Notes under the pieces: model-generated
Database searches by the model: none
Told to the model about the DNA's origin: nothing
The model's input: only the letters and a program-made list of their open reading frames with translations
NCBI GenBank assembly: GCA_963822445.1
Contig: CAWGHO010000001.1
Location: 1,184,001 to 1,248,000 of the forward strand
Direction of reading: 5' to 3'
Origin: an uncultured Acidobacteriota bacterium
GTDB lineage: Bacteria; Acidobacteriota; Thermoanaerobaculia; Gp7-AA8
DNA: 64,000 bases
Program-made: the position numbers and the translations under genes
Shown: in pieces, positions 1 through 10,171 of the stretch
Layout: each line of letters opens with the position of its first letter
How positions within the stretch are numbered: position 1 is the stretch's first letter

Positions 1-3000
1 CCCATTCGCCCGAATGTCCGGCACGTACATCGCCCAACCCAGCACCGGCAGCGCGTGGAACGTTCCCGGCACTTCGGCGCGAAGCGTGTAGCGGATCTCC
101 CAGATGCCCTGCGGCAGGTGATCGGCGAACAGCGCTACCTTGCGATCGCGCAGCTCCTGGTAGACGAACGCCGTGCGTCCGCCCTTCTTCTCCGTCGCCC
201 AGAGCGATTCGCCGGACTGCAGGGCAACCGCCTCGAGGCCGGCGGGCTTGAGGTCTTCGAAGATCAGGTAGCTGTAGTCGTTCTTGGTCTCGACGCTGAT
301 CACCACTTCGACGCGCTCGCCGCTCTTGATCGATTCGCCGTCGCGCAGCGGGACCTTGTCGTACACGACGCCTTTGAGCAGGGTCGGCTTCGGCGCGAGG
401 CGGTAGTAGTCGCGGCGCACGAACAGCTCGTTCCCCGCGGCCTTCACCGGTTCCTCCAACGAAACGAACCGCGCCTCGGCTGAGAAATAAACCGCGCCGG
501 TGCCCGACGTGCGGCGGATGCGGATCTCCTGCATCGTGTCGCGCAGCAGCGCTGCGTCGACGGTGAACTTCTTCGTGTCCGAGCCGGTGCCGAGGACCTG
601 GCCGTTCACGGCGACCTCCCAGGTCACGTCGCCTTTCAACTCGCCGCTGACCTTCAGATAGTCGTTGAGCGCGAGGACGGCGATGGCCGTGTCGCGCGTG
701 TTCGTCCACTGCGCACCGCGGCGATTCTTCACCAGCCAGTTCATGGCCGGCTCGATCAGCTTGTGATCGGGCTGGATGGTGACCAGGGCCTGCAGCGCGA
801 AGGCGGTCGTCTCGATCGGCCCTTCGTGCCAGCGCCACCAGAAGCCGCTCGCGCCCCAGTGCGCCGTGGCCATGGTTTCCGCGGTCGAACCTTCGCCGCG
901 AATGAGCACGGACTGATCGGGAGCCTTGTCGATCTTCACGCCGTCTTCGAGATTGCGGATGAGAGTGTTCGCGCGCTCGGCATTGCCGTAGCGATGGGCG
1001 GTCAGCGCGAGCAGAGCGCGTGAGTAGGCGGTCAGGCGCTCGCGATTCGTCCAGACTTTGTCGAAAGCGCGGCGCTCGGCCTCACTCGCGGTCTTCTTCC
1101 ACGCCGAGAGCGCGTGGAGCATCCAGGTCACATCGTTCCACTGCCCGTCGCGCTCGACGAGCCGCCGCTGCAGATACGCCGCGGCGCGATCGACGGCCTG
1201 CGCGCGCACCGGCAATCCCGCGTCGCGCGCGACCGAGAAGCCCCAGACCACGTACGCGGTCATGAAGTCGTCGGTCGGCCCTTCCTTCCACCATCCCCAG
1301 CCGCCGTCGTCGTGCTGCATGTCGTACAGGCGGGCCATACCCTGCGCGGTCACGGCGTCGAGATTCCTGACCCCGGTCGCCAATCCCGTTTTCGCGACGA
1401 CCGCCGCGGGCAGGAACCGGCTCATCGTCTGTTCGGTGCAGCCGTACGGGAACTCGATGAGGTACGGCAGCGCCTCGATCATCGTGTTCGCCAGGGTCGG
1501 CGTGACGTTGACCACGAGTTGCGTCGCGCGTCTCGCGCGCGGCAGGTCGAGCTTCACCAACGCTTCCGCCGCGCGCAGTTTTCCGGAGCGGGCCACGAGC
1601 TTGTCGATGCCATGCTCGTAAACGAGGAAGGTCTTCTCCATCGCGTCGGCGTGCGTCGTGCCGCGGCCGGTAACGCGCAACGTGGCTGGACCGGCGACGT
1701 CCGCGGTCACCGTCCAATCCGCACGCGCTTCAGCGTGCGGCGGAACGGTGATCGCCGTCCGCGCGGCATCGGCCAGCGTCAGACCCTTCACTTCGATCGA
1801 CGGCGTGACGGTCAGCGGCGCGTCGGTGTTGTTGTTGATCACCGCGGACACGGTGGCCTTGTCGCCGACCACGAAGAATCGCGGCGCCTGCAGACGCACG
1901 ATCAGCGGCAGGTTCGTGCGGGCGGTGTCGGAGCCCATGCCCACCTGCGTACCGGTCGTAACCGCACGAGCGGTAGCCCGCCACGTCGTCAAAGCCTCGG
2001 GGAACTTGACCTTGATCGTGGCCGTGCCGTCGCTGCCGGTGACGACATCCGGTTTCCAGAACGCGGTCGAGCGGAAGTCGCTGCGCACATCCACCTGCAC
2101 CTGCTCCTGACCACGACCGCCTTCCTCCTTCGCCTGCTGGACCGACGTCGCTCTCGTAGTGATGCTCTCTGCGACTGCCATCGGCGGAGCGGCAGGAGCG
2201 GGCGGCGGAGCCGGCATCGACGCCGCGGCGTCCATGGCCAGATTGCCCGTCATCGCGCCGACCTTGGAGAACAGCCCGTCGCGGCGCCGTAGATCGCTCT
2301 CGTTTTCCTGCCGCGCGATCGCATCCGCATCGACGACCTGTCCATCGCGCACGATCAGCTTCACGTAACGCTGCGAGTGCAGCGCCGCGGAAACCTGCAG
2401 CGTCGCGCCGTGGACTTCGCCGAAGAAGAACTGCCGCGGATCGCCAGCCGGATCCTGCTGAATCGCGGTCACCGACTCGTCGGAAACCGAGACCGCGACT
2501 TCCGCCGCGACCGGCTTTCCGTCGATGTCGCGCGTGGTGATGGTGAGCTCGCCCTCATCGCGCGGCCGGTAATCCTCCCGGTCGCTCTTCACCTCCACAT
2601 TGATGAAGTGTTTCACCGGCGGCACGACCACCCGTTCCGTATCGGTGGCCACGTTGCGGTCGAAGATCGAGCTCGCGGTGAGGAAGAAGTTCGGCGAGTG
2701 TCGCTCGTCGGTCGCGAACTCGATCAGCTTCACCGTTCCGTCGAGATGCACGACCTGCGTCTCGATGAGGTCCGTCGCCGATGCGCTGATCGCCACCCAG
2801 CGCCCGCTGGCCGGCGTTACGACGATCGCGGTGACCTTCTCTCCTTCGCGGAACGATTCCTTGTCGACCACGAGATCGAGACCGGCCGTCCGCCAGGCGA
2901 TGTCGGAGGTGCGGCGGTCCGTGACCCACACCGCCGTCTCCGCGGTGACGATGTCGCGTGCACGCGTGGGCCGTTCGGGATCGCGGTCTTCACTGCGCCA

Positions 3001-5466
3001 GCGGACGATGTAGTAACCGGCCGTTTTCGCGGTGAAGGTGAACTCCGCCTCCCCTTGCGCGTTCGTCGAGACTTTCGTCTCCAGGATCTCCTCGTCCCTC
3101 GACTCGAAAACGTCGCGAGCCATCGAGCGGCGCACGACGGTCACCGTTCCCGTCGTCTGCACCGGCTTGTCGTTCGCGTCGATCGCTTTGATGTCGATCG
3201 ACACCTGCTCGCCGGGGCGATGAATCAAGTGCTCGGCGTGCATCATCACGCTGTAGCGCTGCCGGAGAACGCGCACCGTTCCCTCGCCGCGCACTTCGCG
3301 CCGCGAAGCGTCGACGACGCGGGCCTCGATGCGATAGGTGCTGTCCCGCCCGTCGCGCGAAGTCTCGATGCGCAGCGTGGCCCGGCCGGCAGCATCGGTG
3401 GTGAGCGTCTCGCGACGGAGCACGGCCTGTTCACCGCCGGGGTAGTACTGCGAGTCCTGGAAGTACCAGGGATATTCGCGCCACGGATACCAGGGCCGCA
3501 CGAACGGCTGCTGGTAGATGACCGCCTCGACGGTCGCGTTGGCAACAGGACCGCCGAAGTAATACTCGGCCTGAATCTCGGCCTCGATCGTGTCGCCGAG
3601 GCGGTATTGCTTGCCCTCGGGGGTGGAGACGCTGACCTGGAACTCGGGGAGCTTGTACTCCTCGAGCCGGAAGAGCTGGGCCTGGCCGGCGTACTCGTTC
3701 TTCTGCGCCGCGGGACGGAAGGTGATCGTGTACGGACCCAGCGCCATCTCCGACGTCAGCGGAAGCTCAGCCCAGAAACTCCCGAACGCATTCAGCGTCG
3801 CATTCCCCACGGCGACCTTGTCCCCGCGCGGGCCGTTGATCTCGTAATGCAGCACCTGGTTCGCGGGAGTGATCCAGCGGTCGCGCTCGCGGATGCGGGC
3901 GATGATCTTCCACTGCACGGTCTCGTTCGGACGATACGCGGGGCGATCGGTGAATGCGTAGATGCGCCACTGCGCCGCCTGCACGTGCTGGTTCCAGTAG
4001 CGATACGTCGAATGCCAGGCCTGCCGCGATGCGCCGGCCGCTGCGGTGATGTGCACGTTGCCCGAGGCCTTACCTTCGAAGAGGGCCAGGCCGTTGGCGT
4101 TCGTCTGCAGGGTGTGCTTCGTCACCGTGCGATCGAACTGCTGCCACACCGACACCTTCGCGTTCGCGATCGGCTCGCCGGTCATGACGCTGGAGACGAA
4201 GACCTGCATCCGCTGACCGGCCATGTGCACGAGGATGTGTGCGTCGGTGACGAGCAGCAGCTGGCGTGCGGAGTCGCCGGCCCCATTGGCTGTGACGATA
4301 TACGCGCCCGGCGCGAGCCGCGGCTCGAGGCGGATCGCTTCATTGCCCGGTGTGTACTGCCCGCGATCGGGAGGGGTGAACGTCCAGCGGCGAACGGCGG
4401 TCTTGCCGGCGAGGCTGATGTCCTGCGTCCACTCGCGATTCGGCTTCACGTCGAGATCGGCAGTCAGGTCGACGGCGTAGATCGCGAGCTCGATGCTCTT
4501 GACGTTGCGCCACGACACGACGATCTGCTGTTCGGAATCCGGCAGGAACGTGCCGGTAACAGCCACGCCCACTTCCGGTTGGGTGATGGTTTTGATCGCG
4601 GCCTGGGCCTCGTCATGCCATTGCGTTTCGCTCGGCTTGAACTCGTTGACGATGCGGCGGTAGTACTCGAGCGCGCGCTCGTAGTCCGCGCGGTACTCGA
4701 TCTCACCGGTGCTCATGACCGCGATCGCACCCGTGTTTGCCAGCTGCTGCGCCGCGGCGAACAAAGCGTCGTCGTACCACTCTGTTTTCTTGCCGAGGGC
4801 GATGATCGCTTCGAGATGTTCAATGGCGCGCTCGATGCTCTCCGGCCGCCCCTCGGACATCAGCGCCGTGGCGAGATTGAAGCGAAAGCGCGCGCGGTCT
4901 TCGTCGGTTCTGGCGATGCTGATCGCGTTGACCAGCACTTCCCGCGGAATCGACGACGCCATGTACGGCTGCTCGGTGAGCTTGCGCACGATCGCGAGAT
5001 AGCGCGCGCGTGCGGCTTCGATCTGATCGCTGCCCGCCCAGTAATCGAGCGCGGCCACGTAGTAGCGGAGGCCGGTGTAGAAATCGCGGCCGCGCCGCTC
5101 GTGATAGTGGAAATCCCCCAGCGACTCATTGGCCTCGGCCCAAACGAGATCGTGGGTCGTTTCGGCGGCGATCGCCTCGAGTTCCTTTCGCGGTTCCTCG
5201 CGGCCTTCGCGGTTGTCCCGCTCCGCGCGCCAGGCCGTATCGGCCAGCCGCATCCGGACCCAGCGGCGTTCGTCCGGCAGCAGATCGAGCTTCGCCGCCT
5301 CCTCGTAAATCGCGTGGGCGCGGCTGAACGACTTCTCCGCGTAATACCGCTCCGCCTCACGCTTCAGGGCGTCGTACGGAGTCTCATTCGCCGGCGGTGG
5401 AACGGCGGCGGCGACGGAGAGGATGAGTGCGGCAGCGATTGCGAAAACGAAGATCTTCCGAAACAT
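1..5466 (-). CDS. Bacterial alpha-2-macroglobulin family protein (MG domains + thioester domain); 3' end runs off the window start
   Basis: Absent from the ORF track because there is no stop in the window. ATG at 5464-5466 gives signal peptide MFRKIFVFAIAAALILSVAAA. In-frame PYLIEFPYGCTEQTMSRFLP carries the CxEQ thioester motif (codons at 1429-1440). The window-edge residues FHALPVLGWAMYVPDIRANG resemble the A2M C-terminus. Confidence 0.92.
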   Translation of the reverse strand, partial: MFRKIFVFAIAAALILSVAAAVPPPANETPYDALKREAERYYAEKSFSRAHAIYEEAAKLDLLPDERRWVRMRLADTAWRAERDNREGREEPRKELEAIAAETTHDLVWAEANESLGDFHYHERRGRDFYTGLRYYVAALDYWAGSDQIEAARARYLAIVRKLTEQPYMASSIPREVLVNAISIARTDEDRARFRFNLATALMSEGRPESIERAIEHLEAIIALGKKTEWYDDALFAAAQQLANTGAIAVMSTGEIEYRADYERALEYYRRIVNEFKPSETQWHDEAQAAIKTITQPEVGVAVTGTFLPDSEQQIVVSWRNVKSIELAIYAVDLTADLDVKPNREWTQDISLAGKTAVRRWTFTPPDRGQYTPGNEAIRLEPRLAPGAYIVTANGAGDSARQLLLVTDAHILVHMAGQRMQVFVSSVMTGEPIANAKVSVWQQFDRTVTKHTLQTNANGLALFEGKASGNVHITAAAGASRQAWHSTYRYWNQHVQAAQWRIYAFTDRPAYRPNETVQWKIIARIRERDRWITPANQVLHYEINGPRGDKVAVGNATLNAFGSFWAELPLTSEMALGPYTITFRPAAQKNEYAGQAQLFRLEEYKLPEFQVSVSTPEGKQYRLGDTIEAEIQAEYYFGGPVANATVEAVIYQQPFVRPWYPWREYPWYFQDSQYYPGGEQAVLRRETLTTDAAGRATLRIETSRDGRDSTYRIEARVVDASRREVRGEGTVRVLRQRYSVMMHAEHLIHRPGEQVSIDIKAIDANDKPVQTTGTVTVVRRSMARDVFESRDEEILETKVSTNAQGEAEFTFTAKTAGYYIVRWRSEDRDPERPTRARDIVTAETAVWVTDRRTSDIAWRTAGLDLVVDKESFREGEKVTAIVVTPASGRWVAISASATDLIETQVVHLDGTVKLIEFATDERHSPNFFLTASSIFDRNVATDTERVVVPPVKHFINVEVKSDREDYRPRDEGELTITTRDIDGKPVAAEVAVSVSDESVTAIQQDPAGDPRQFFFGEVHGATLQVSAALHSQRYVKLIVRDGQVVDADAIARQENESDLRRRDGLFSKVGAMTGNLAMDAAASMPAPPPAPAAPPMAVAESITTRATSVQQAKEEGGRGQEQVQVDVRSDFRSTAFWKPDVVTGSDGTATIKVKFPEALTTWRATARAVTTGTQVGMGSDTARTNLPLIVRLQAPRFFVVGDKATVSAVINNNTDAPLTVTPSIEVKGLTLADAARTAITVPPHAEARADWTVTADVAGPATLRVTGRGTTHADAMEKTFLVYEHGIDKLVARSGKLRAAEALVKLDLPRARRATQLVVNVTPTLANTMIEALPYLIEFPYGCTEQTMSRFLPAAVVAKTGLATGVRNLDAVTAQGMARLYDMQHDDGGWGWWKEGPTDDFMTAYVVWGFSVARDAGLPVRAQAVDRAAAYLQRRLVERDGQWNDVTWMLHALSAWKKTASEAERRAFDKVWTNRERLTAYSRALLALTAHRYGNAERANTLIRNLEDGVKIDKAPDQSVLIRGEGSTAETMATAHWGASGFWWRWHEGPIETTAFALQALVTIQPDHKLIEPAMNWLVKNRRGAQWTNTRDTAIAVLALNDYLKVSGELKGDVTWEVAVNGQVLGTGSDTKKFTVDAALLRDTMQEIRIRRTSGTGAVYFSAEARFVSLEEPVKAAGNELFVRRDYYRLAPKPTLLKGVVYDKVPLRDGESIKSGERVEVVISVETKNDYSYLIFEDLKPAGLEAVALQSGESLWATEKKGGRTAFVYQELRDRKVALFADHLPQGIWEIRYTLRAEVPGTFHALPVLGWAMYVPDIRANG

Positions 5467-5512
5467 GACGGTCGATTAGACCGCGAAAGGTTGGGAAAGG
5501 TAACCGGGGCCT

Positions 5513-5562
5513 GGGGAGCGCCGCCGTCCACGGCGGCTGTTCCGCCGGCGTCCCGCGCCGGC
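5513..5562. repeat. REP-like GC-rich palindromic element
   Basis: GGGAGCGCCGCCGTCCACGGCGGC...GCCGGCGTCCCGCGCCGGC: two short hairpins with a GGGAG foot, similar to the elements at 22369 and 30585. Confidence 0.45.
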
Positions 5563-5582
5563 CCTCCGCTATCATTTAGGCC

Positions 5583-6446
5583 ATGCACAATTCGCCGATG
5601 CACTTCACGCCGCCGCCGCGTCGCGTTCCGGCCTCCATGGCCCTGCTCAACGTCTTCAACGGGTTCGCGCAGATCGGCTGGTTCGTGTTCGGCTTCGGGA
5701 TGATTTTCTTCTGGGCATTCGCCGGAAATGCCGACTTTTCGGTGGTCACGTTCCGCGGTGACATCGCCACCACGTCCGGCAAGGTCGTGAGCGTCGAAGA
5801 GACCGGCGCATCGGAGAACGAGCAGCCCGTCAAAGCGCATCACTATCAATATTCGGTGGCCGGCGAGTGGCTGAAGGGAACGTCGTACACCACCGGCGGC
5901 GGTCCGAACGTTGGAGAGGAAGTCGTCGTCGAGTACGCGTCGTCGAATCCGCTCCGGTCGCGCATCGAAGGCATGCGCCGCGCGCAGTTCGGGCCGTGGG
6001 CGATCATCGTCTCGATCTTTCCGCTGATCGGATTCCTGATCCTCTACTTCGGCGGCATCAAAGGCGGCTTCAAACGCACGCGCCTTCTGCGCAACGGCGT
6101 CTTCACCCACGGCAAACTGGTGGGGAAGGAGCCGACGAACATGACCGTGAACGATCGCCGCGTGTATGAGCTGACGTTCGAGTTCACCTCGCGCGACGGC
6201 CGCCGTTGCGAAGCCACCTCGCGCACGAGCGACCCGACCCGGCTCGAAGACGAGCAGCAGGAGCCGCTGCTGTACGACCCCGAAGATCCGTCACGCGCGT
6301 ACCTCCTCGACGAAGCCCCGGGCCGGCCGGAGATCGACAGCCTGGGCGAGTTCAGAGGACGCCCCGTCGCCGCCGCGCTGTCGCTGATTCTGCCGGCGAT
6401 CGTCATCGGCGCGCACGTCGCGTACTTTTACTTCAAGCTCCGCTAG
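5583..6446 (+). CDS. Membrane protein, DUF3592-like
   Basis: TM helix, beta-rich segment (YQYSVAG...VVVEY), TM helix, second beta-rich segment (LLYDPEDPSRA), TM helix. Confidence 0.65.
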   Translation: MHNSPMHFTPPPRRVPASMALLNVFNGFAQIGWFVFGFGMIFFWAFAGNADFSVVTFRGDIATTSGKVVSVEETGASENEQPVKAHHYQYSVAGEWLKGTSYTTGGGPNVGEEVVVEYASSNPLRSRIEGMRRAQFGPWAIIVSIFPLIGFLILYFGGIKGGFKRTRLLRNGVFTHGKLVGKEPTNMTVNDRRVYELTFEFTSRDGRRCEATSRTSDPTRLEDEQQEPLLYDPEDPSRAYLLDEAPGRPEIDSLGEFRGRPVAAALSLILPAIVIGAHVAYFYFKLR

Positions 6447-7748
6447 ATGAGCCCATCCCTCGCCCGTCGCCTCGGCCCGTTCGACGCGACGATGATCGTG
6501 ATGGGCGGGATCATCGGCTCGGGCATCTTCATCAATCCGTACGTCGTCGCGCGGCAGGTGCACTCCATCGCCCTGATCCTCGGCGTGTGGGCCGCCGGCG
6601 GCGTGATCGCGCTTCTCGGCGCGTTCGTGTACGCGGAGCTCGCGGCGTTGCGCCCTGAAGTCGGCGGCCAGTACGCCTACCTGCGCGATGCCTGGCATCC
6701 GTCCGTGGCCTTTCTGTATGGCTGGGCGCTTCTCCTCGTCGTGCAGAGCGGCGGCATGGCCGCGGTGGCCGTCGCATTCGCGCATTACGCGAAGCAGTTG
6801 ACGGCGATCGCCGCACCGGACTGGGTGATCGCCGTGGTCACGCTCGCGGTGCTCACGATCATCAACTGCTTCGGCGTGCGAAGCGGCTCGAATACGCAAA
6901 CGGTGCTGATGCTGCTCAAGCTCGCGGCGATCGTGATGCTGATCGGCGTGGGGCTTACGGCAGACTTTCAACCGCAGACTGGAGATGTGACCCCTTCTGC
7001 CGCACCAACGCTTCTGGCGTTCGCCGCGGCGATGACGCCGGTGATGTTCGCGTACGGCGGATGGCAGACCGCCAGTTTCATGTCCGGCGAATTGCGGCAG
7101 CCGCGGCGCGATCTGGCCATCGGCCTGATCGTCGGCGTGATCGGCGTGATCGCGGTCTACCTGCTCGTGAACATGGCATACCTGCGCGCACTCGGCGTCG
7201 ACGGACTCGCGAGCATCACCACTCCCGCCTCGGCGACGATGCGTTTCGCCTGGGGCGAGCGTGGGGCGATGCTCATCGCCGCGGGCATCGCCATCTCCAC
7301 GCTCGGCTTCCTGAGCCAGGGGATGCTCACCGCGCCGCGCGTCTATTACGCGATGGCCGAGGATGGGCTGTTCTTCAAGGCGGTGGCAAAGGTGCATCCG
7401 AAGACGCAGGTGCCGGTTCTCGCCATCGCGTTGCAAGGCGTCGTCGCGGTGGTGATTGCACTGTCCGGGACGTACGAGCAGATCCTGAGCTACGTCGTGT
7501 CCGTCGACTTCATCTTCTTCGGCCTGACCGGCGCCGCGCTGTTCGTGTTCCGCAAGCGCCTCGGCCCCGGCGCGTTCAAGACGCCCGGACATCCGGTGAC
7601 CACGGCCATCTTCACCATCGCCTGCTGGGTGATCGTGATCGGGACTTTTGCCCGATCGCCGATCAACAGCGCGATCGGGTTGGGGATCCTCGCCGCGGGA
7701 TTACCGGCGTATTGGTTCTGGAGGAGCGGGAGGTCCCGGGGTAACTAG
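6447..7748 (+). CDS. APC-family amino acid permease
   Basis: GGIIGSGIF, AELAA...P..GG.Y.YL and FAYGGW motifs; about 12 hydrophobic segments. Confidence 0.93.
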   Translation: MSPSLARRLGPFDATMIVMGGIIGSGIFINPYVVARQVHSIALILGVWAAGGVIALLGAFVYAELAALRPEVGGQYAYLRDAWHPSVAFLYGWALLLVVQSGGMAAVAVAFAHYAKQLTAIAAPDWVIAVVTLAVLTIINCFGVRSGSNTQTVLMLLKLAAIVMLIGVGLTADFQPQTGDVTPSAAPTLLAFAAAMTPVMFAYGGWQTASFMSGELRQPRRDLAIGLIVGVIGVIAVYLLVNMAYLRALGVDGLASITTPASATMRFAWGERGAMLIAAGIAISTLGFLSQGMLTAPRVYYAMAEDGLFFKAVAKVHPKTQVPVLAIALQGVVAVVIALSGTYEQILSYVVSVDFIFFGLTGAALFVFRKRLGPGAFKTPGHPVTTAIFTIACWVIVIGTFARSPINSAIGLGILAAGLPAYWFWRSGRSRGN

Positions 7749-8017
7749 GTCTTTTTGCGGGCACGTCTGACAGTCTTAGGCGAAATCCGGTCAAACACGT
7801 CAGGCTCAACATCAGGGACTTTTGCCAGCACGCCCTCGAATTTTCGACGACTCGCGCGCTTCGCTCTGTTGGCGAGGTACTCCTCTGTCATCAACGCCGA
7901 CATCTTTTCCGCTACGGCCGAGGTGATGAGTTGGTTGATGGACACGCCCTCCCGCTCAGCGAGCTCACCGAGCTTCTGATGGAGGGATTCCGGCAAACGT
8001 AAACTCAACGCTCCCAT
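7745..8017 (-). CDS. RHH/HicB-like antitoxin
   Basis: MGALSLRLPESLHQKL...EGVSINQLI ribbon-helix-helix signature. The start overlaps the end of the PIN gene. Confidence 0.85.
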   Translation of the reverse strand: MGALSLRLPESLHQKLGELAEREGVSINQLITSAVAEKMSALMTEEYLANRAKRASRRKFEGVLAKVPDVEPDVFDRISPKTVRRARKKT

Positions 8018-8433
8018 TTCGCTTCTCTCAAGTTCTGAAGAAAGACTGCAGGTGTCCACACTTGTACCCCAAACTGCTCTGAGCCTCTGAAATCTCTTAC
8101 GTTGTGAGTCACGACAGCGTTGCAACCAGCGGCAACAGCTAACTCCAATACCAGATCGTCGTTCGGATCGCGCAGATACGGCCTCCAGAGAAAGAAAATC
8201 TCCTGCCACATGGAGGCGTCGCACACGTAGTCGATGAGGTCATGAATGTCCTGTTCGCTGATCGGCGATTCCGCGACGTGCCGAAGCAACACACTTTCAT
8301 ACTCAAGAACAAGCGATACCGAAATGGCGATATCAAAAGTGCCCCTGCCGATTCGCGACAGAAGCTCGAACGATGCACCCCGCCGCGACCGCATGGCCGC
8401 GACGAGCACATTTGTGTCCAGCACTACCTTCAC
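8005..8433 (-). CDS. PIN-domain toxin of a toxin-antitoxin pair
   Basis: VVLDTNVLVAA, LEYE, RDPNDD..LELAV and VVTHNVRDF PIN motifs; region is visibly more AT-rich than its flanks. Confidence 0.9.
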   Translation of the reverse strand: MKVVLDTNVLVAAMRSRRGASFELLSRIGRGTFDIAISVSLVLEYESVLLRHVAESPISEQDIHDLIDYVCDASMWQEIFFLWRPYLRDPNDDLVLELAVAAGCNAVVTHNVRDFRGSEQFGVQVWTPAVFLQNLREAKWER

Positions 8434-8443
8434 ACTTGATCGA

Positions 8444-8469
8444 TGGTACTACTGGCGGTACCACGGTAC
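8444..8469. promoter_or_regulatory. Putative TA operator
   Basis: TGGTAC-N8-GTACCA palindrome (8444-8463) and three GGTAC copies (8445, 8457, 8465), 11-36 bp upstream of the toxin GTG. Confidence 0.5.
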
Positions 8470-8480
8470 AACCACGCGCT

Positions 8481-8852
8481 CTATCCGAGCTCCTGTCCGA
8501 ACGTGATCCGGTGCCCGTCCGGCGTGCGGATCCCGAACTCGCGCATCCCCCAATTCTTGTCGGCCGGTTTCGATAGAAAATCGACGCCGTGCGGGGTCAG
8601 CTCTTCGTACAGCTCATCCAATCCTTCCACGGTCAGGTAGACGAACCAGGAGTGGTTGCCAGTGTCGCCCGCGGGCACCTCGTCGGCGCATTCACCGAGC
8701 ATCACCCGGTAGCCGTCTCGCGACAGAAAGCTCCAGCCATCCGATTCATCGCCGAAGTCGCGTTTAAAACCCAGCACGTCCATGTAGAACTGCGTCGATT
8801 TCCGGAGATTCTGCACTGCGAGAACGCTTCGCGAAGCGACGATTCGAGCCAT
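8481..8852 (-). CDS. VOC/glyoxalase family protein
   Basis: FY..VLGF and WGMREF.IRTPDGHRI motifs. Confidence 0.88.
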   Translation of the reverse strand: MARIVASRSVLAVQNLRKSTQFYMDVLGFKRDFGDESDGWSFLSRDGYRVMLGECADEVPAGDTGNHSWFVYLTVEGLDELYEELTPHGVDFLSKPADKNWGMREFGIRTPDGHRITFGQELG

Positions 8853-8853
8853 A

Positions 8854-10134
8854 TCAACGACCTCCCGGTTGCCAGACCTCATTCGGACGCCCTTCCTCCC
8901 ACGGTTTGTACGCCAGCGCGAAGGGGATTCGCTCTGCGATCGGCGGATGGGAGTAGCGCCAGAACTCGATGAATGGATGCGGACTCGGATCGCGCTTCGA
9001 GTTCTCGGCGAGCTTCACGAATGCGCGGGCCATCGGCTCGTTGAGATGGGTCAGCTCCAGCGAGAAAACGTCCGCCTCGCGCTCGAGATATCGGGAGAAC
9101 GCCGCCGCGATCGGTGAGCTGAGAAACGTACCGACGAACAGGATCAGCAGCAGCCACGGCAACGAAGCCGGATCTCCCGGACTGGCAACGCCCCAACGCG
9201 AGCCCCACCGGCGCAGGCCGCGGTCATAAATCTGCTGGGCCAGGAAAAACCCGAAGAAGGAGAGGACCACGGAAAACGCCAGGCCTTTCCACATGTGATT
9301 GAGGACGTAATGGCCCATCTCGTGGCCCATCACCGAAAGGACCTCATCCTCGGTCATCTCCGCGAGCAGCGTGTCCCACATGACGATCCGCTTCGTCGGC
9401 CCGATGCCGTTCACGTAAGCGTTCAGGGTCTTGGTCTGCTTCGACTTGTCGACCTCGTACACGCGGCCGCCCTCGATGCCGGCGCGCGACGCGAGGTCGA
9501 GCAGTTTCTGGCGCAGTTGCTCGTTCTTCAGCGTCTCGAAATCGTTGAAGATCGGATCGAGGATCACCGGCTGGATGACCACGATCAGCAGGATCAGCGG
9601 AATCGATCCCAGCCACATCGGCAGCCACCACTGCTTGAAGCGGCGGATGGCCAGTAGCGCCAGCGCGCCGACGAGCGCGCCGATGATCATGCCGACGCCG
9701 AGCTCCTTGAGCTGATCGAGCATCCACGCGCCGAAGGTCTGGTCGGTCAGGTCGAATTGATGGGGAACGACGAAGCCGGAGTAGTACGACAGCGGAAAAT
9801 CGATCACGGCGATGACGACGCTCAGAAGGGCGATGTACACCATGGCCATGACGAACGGCTTCTTCGTCACGCGCGCCGCCGTGTCGCGAATCTTCCGCGA
9901 CGCCGTCGTGATCAGCAGCAGGGCCATGATTCCGATGCCCCAGGCCGTGCCGACGAAGTACAGAACGTCCCGAATGCGGCTGTGGCGGACCATCTCGTCG
10001 GTGATCTGCACCTCGAAGCGCTTGTCGTCCTGTGGCGGCGGGGGTTGCCGCTGTTGAGCGGCCACGGAAACGACGACCGCGGCGGTTACGGCGACGGCGG
10101 CGAAGGCGAGCGCGGCTCGGAGAAGGGTCCGCAT
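8854..10134 (-). CDS. M48 family (Ste24-like) zinc metallopeptidase
   Basis: HEMGH, NAYVNG...KRIV..DTLL, E.EAD and SHPP...RI motifs. Start chosen at MRTLLR, which has a TGcTATCCT box 7 nt upstream. Confidence 0.9.
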   Translation of the reverse strand: MRTLLRAALAFAAVAVTAAVVVSVAAQQRQPPPPQDDKRFEVQITDEMVRHSRIRDVLYFVGTAWGIGIMALLLITTASRKIRDTAARVTKKPFVMAMVYIALLSVVIAVIDFPLSYYSGFVVPHQFDLTDQTFGAWMLDQLKELGVGMIIGALVGALALLAIRRFKQWWLPMWLGSIPLILLIVVIQPVILDPIFNDFETLKNEQLRQKLLDLASRAGIEGGRVYEVDKSKQTKTLNAYVNGIGPTKRIVMWDTLLAEMTEDEVLSVMGHEMGHYVLNHMWKGLAFSVVLSFFGFFLAQQIYDRGLRRWGSRWGVASPGDPASLPWLLLILFVGTFLSSPIAAAFSRYLEREADVFSLELTHLNEPMARAFVKLAENSKRDPSPHPFIEFWRYSHPPIAERIPFALAYKPWEEGRPNEVWQPGGR

Positions 10135-10171
10135 GCCGGGCAGGATAGCAATTTGCACTGCCAGCTCATCC

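Noticed and set aside
2377-5703. 1108-aa plus-strand ORF (likewise 16750-19947, 24156-26891, 53043-55943)
   Set aside because: Antisense shadows of real genes on the other strand, typical of high-GC codon bias; no motifs.
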